From: Eremomyces bilateralis CBS 781.70
Lineage: Eukaryota
Reading direction: 5' to 3' (one strand)
Assembly: GCA_010015585.1 (NCBI GenBank)
Contig: ML975151.1
DNA: 64,000 nucleotides
The notes beneath the pieces are model-generated. The model saw nothing but the letters and a program-made list of their open reading frames with translations. It ran no database searches and was not told where the DNA came from. The position numbers and the translations under genes are program-made. Positions 60,565-64,000 of this stretch are shown here, in pieces; within the stretch, counting starts at the first letter, position 1; every line of letters starts with the position of its first letter.

Positions 60565-63291
60565 ATGCCAACTGACGACCAGCTGGCCGACGCCATCCTC
60601 CAGTCCGTCGAAGCCAGCCAATACCCCGACTCCGAAGCCGTCGTCTCCGCCGAGCTCCCACCTTCCACGTTCCCTACGCTCCTCGATGGCATCGAGCAAT
60701 CGCGTGCGAAACTAAAGGTATACTAATCATCCCACCCTATCTCGCTCCATTCCCGTCCCTAATACTTATCCTCACAGGCCGAAATCCGGCACATCAGCCG
60801 TACCTCCACCACCGATATCGACGCCTGGATCGCCCAAGCGCGCCACCTACAGCAGGACATCGACGACATCCGCGAGGAGACGCGGCAGATCGACCATGCG
60901 ACGAACGAGGTGCAGGGGTTGAAAGGGCGGGCGAACGATGCTGGCGCGAAGGTGGGGTTCCTGAAGACGGAGCTGGCGTTCAATGATGCGCTGGTGGATA
61001 CGCTAGGGTGCATCCAGCGAGTGTCGGGGGACTTGGACGGGTGTTGGGAGGCGGTAAGGGGGGATGATGTGGGGGGTGCGTTGGGGGGGATGGGGAGGGC
61101 GGTAAAGGGGATGGGGGATCTGGAGGCGTTTGAGGGAGCGCATTTTGTGGGGTTGTTAAGGGATAGGGCGAAGCGGGTGCGGGATGATATGGTTGAGACG
61201 GTGACGGGTTACTGGTGGGATATCGTGCATGTCAACCAAGAGAAGCGGGCATTGGTGGTCAAGAAATCGATAACGAGTTCGTGGTACAGTTATGGACTAT
61301 GGGGATTGCTGCTGACCTCTGCTAGGGAAATCTGAGATCCTGGCGGAAGATACTGTGAGGTTTGCGGAACAGCTCGACATTTACGATGATCTGGTGTCGA
61401 AACTACAGCATGGACTAGAACGATCGATCATAGCTGCGCGATTCGGTCCTGAAAACGCCGATGACTCGGCCGTTTTGAGCGTTGACGACAACACACTCAG
61501 CGTATCTACGGACGGAGGTGCTGGAGGCGCGCTCGCCGCTATCGAAGACATCAAAAAGCTCACCCGATTCCTCAGCTCGGAGCTGCCAACCCAACTGTCG
61601 CTCTCCCTCTCCCAGAAACTCGTGGCGTCGCTGACATCCCATCTTGTCTCCACGTGGCTTCAAGAAGCCATCCCCATCTCCTTGGACGAAATGAATGAGT
61701 TCCAACAGCTACTGGACCAAGTGCTCTCCCTTGCTGAACACCTAGAAGGTCTAGGCTGGAGCGGAAATGAGGAGCTGATCAACTGGGTGGAAACCGCGCC
61801 TCGCTCCTGGCTTTCGAAACGGAAGGAGGCGATGCTCGCGGCGGTTCGGACGAGCTGCTATCGGGGAGTTCGAACGAGAAAAACCGTGGAGCGAGTGGAG
61901 ACTCAACTGATCTCCCATGAAGACCTCATGGGCCCGCCACCTGATCAGAGTAACGACTGGGACGCAGAATGGGACAACGATGGCGCGGATGCGGATCAGC
62001 AGCCAGCGTCTGAGCCGACGGTAGAGGAAGAAGATATGGATGCGAGTGCTTGGGGTTTGGAAGAGGAAGGCCAGGACCAGGTGGAGCAGAAACCCGACGA
62101 GGATGAGAAAACGGAAAATGATGACGAAGGCGGAGATGAGGCTGATGCCTGGGGATGGGGAGAAGATGATGCTGAAGATGCAACGACTGTCAAGGAGTCG
62201 GCACCTGCAAAGCCTGCTGCAAGCAAACCACCAGCAGGCCATGTACACGGCAAGGAAGCGGTGCATGAGAACAAGGCCGAAGAAATCACACTGCGAGAGA
62301 CATACACAGTCACTGCCATTCCAGACGAAATACTCCAGCTCATTCAGGAAGTGGTTTCAGATGCGGAAACACTTTCGCAGGAGAGGTACATCCTCCATTT
62401 CTTCTGAGCAACAACGGCTAACTATATTACAGATATGCCGACTCACCCATTGCAGGAGCTGCCATGGGTCTCTACTCAATACCTACATTAGCCTTGGCCA
62501 TGTACCGAGCCACCGCCATCACGTACTACAGCAAAGACAACGCAGGGAATATCCTCGTCTACAACGACTGCACCCGTCTTGCCGACCAACTCCACAACTA
62601 CCTCTCCTCCCTCGCCCAACGCGACGAAACCTCCCCTCTCCCCCCCAAGTCCCGCCCCTCCCAACGACTCCGCCTCACCCCCGACCTCCAATCCCTCTCC
62701 AGCTTCGGGAAGCGCGCCTATGGCCGCGAAATGGACTCCCAGCGCACCATCCTCAGCGACCTCCTGGCAGGTGCCCAAGGCTTCGCCCACTGCACCGAGC
62801 CGCCCTTCGCCGCCGAATGCGACAGCGCGGTGCGCTTCACTGTCGACCGCATCCGGGAGGTGCACGCGGAGTGGCGGCCGATCCTCTCGCACTCGGCGCT
62901 GCTGCAGTCGGTCGGGTCGCTGGCTGCAACGGTCATCGGTAAGATGATCCTCGATATCGAAGACATGGCGGATATCTCCGAGGAGGAATCGAAGACGCTG
63001 AGCGCGCTGTGCGGGGTGGTGACAGGAGTTGGGGAGCTATTCGTGCAGCGAGACGACGCGGGGGAGGAGCGGGATATGACGGGAGTGTATACGCCGAATT
63101 GGTTCAAGTTTCGGTATCTGATGGAGATTCTAGAGAGTTCGTTGGCAGATATCAAGTTCGCGTGGACGGAGGCGGGATTGCGGGAGGAGTTTGAGGCGGA
63201 GGAGGTGGCGGATTTGATCCAGGCGTTGTTTGCGGAGTCGGAGCATAGGAGGAAGGCCATTGCGCAGATTAGAAGAACGGCGACTGCATAG
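60565..63291 (+). CDS. ZW10/Dsl1 retrograde-tethering/kinetochore protein
   Basis: Introns 60718-60777, 61277-61325 and 62386-62432. It has an acidic Trp-rich loop (DWDAEW, SAWGL, DAWGWGE), TLRETYTVT.IP, LAMYRATA, YNDC, GKRAYGREM and DIEDMADISEEES...WFKFRYLMEILESSLADI. Confidence 0.88.
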
Positions 63292-63547
63292 ATACCCTAC
63301 CGATCAAGTATTAAACTACAAACAATCCTACGGTCAATCCTATGGCAAATAATTAGCAGATATAAATATCAGGGGGATCCCATTCAGCAACCAGCATCAG
63401 GGTCTCGCCGCACATCCCTGCATCCCGAATTCTGAATTCTGAAGTCTTGGCGCTGTAATTAATTCTTCCACCGGATTTTTTTTGACGTTCAACAATTCCG
63501 CTCATTGAGATTCGAACTTCCCAAACACAAACTTCTAGAACGCAGTC

Positions 63548-64000
63548 ATGGACGATCAACCCACCGGCCCGTCCTACCAAGTGAGAGTACGGCTCTCCAC
63601 TCGCCATGACGATCTTCAGCTGCCCGAGGACAGCCAGACCATTCTCGTCTCGACAAGTTAGTACCATGTAAAACCACCTGGGCAACATTGCGATCTCGAA
63701 CTGCAGACTGACAAGATCGGCAGACCTCAAAAGATATGCTCTTTCAACACTGGTCAACTCGCTCCTCGAGTCGGAGAAGCCCGTGCCGTTCGAATTCCTC
63801 ATCAACGGTCAATTTCTGCGGACCACCCTAGATGAGTTTCTCACCGCGAACGGCATATCGGCGGAAACCACATTATCGGTCGAATATGTTCGTGCGCTGC
63901 TGCCGCCGACGCAGACAGCGACGTTCCCTCACGATGACTGGGTGAGCTCGGTGGATGTCCTCTCTGCAACATCTCCCGCGGCACGATGGACGAGAGACGC
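63548..64000 (+). CDS. YTM1: Ribosome biogenesis protein Ytm1 (NLE domain plus WD40), runs off the window
   Basis: Absent from the ORF track. Intron 63657-63723; then [14 protein letters not shown]...[15 protein letters not shown]...[14 protein letters not shown]...[12 protein letters not shown]. Confidence 0.93.

Noticed and set aside
1..64000. tRNA, rRNA, transposase or reverse-transcriptase genes
   Set aside because: None recognised by eye. Small RNAs or heavily mutated elements could be missed without tRNAscan, Infernal or RepeatMasker.

Overview
Eukaryotic, intron-containing DNA from a filamentous ascomycete (Pezizomycotina; the species cannot be determined from this window). About 24 intact protein-coding genes can be rebuilt by hand across GT-AG introns. 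Most are housekeeping genes: INSIG-like, SDR, BEM46, PRE3, a PCL cyclin, mitochondrial bL34, an Rpa14-like protein, STE24, ERG12, SHR3, ADE2, ERV2, a BCAT, a UPRT, PYC, CHC1, eIF3j, ZW10/Dsl1 and YTM1. Two less GC-rich accessory blocks (~22.7-34.0 kb and ~39.3-46.4 kb) carry a GT31 glycosyltransferase, a PTH11-like membrane protein, a lone P450, an F-box-like tail-anchored repeat protein and decayed genes with RIP-type stop codons. I saw no rRNA, tRNA, CRISPR array, intact transposon or complete biosynthetic cluster, and I cannot support a clear novel multi-gene system. The most unusual signal is a recurrent 0.4-1.3 kb unit that switches from C-rich to G-rich and cuts across exons, introns and intergenic DNA. 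Next are a hairpin-forming intron in PRE3 and the tail-anchored F-box-like/minisatellite protein. All gene models and family calls are by eye and from recalled motifs; no database searches were run.
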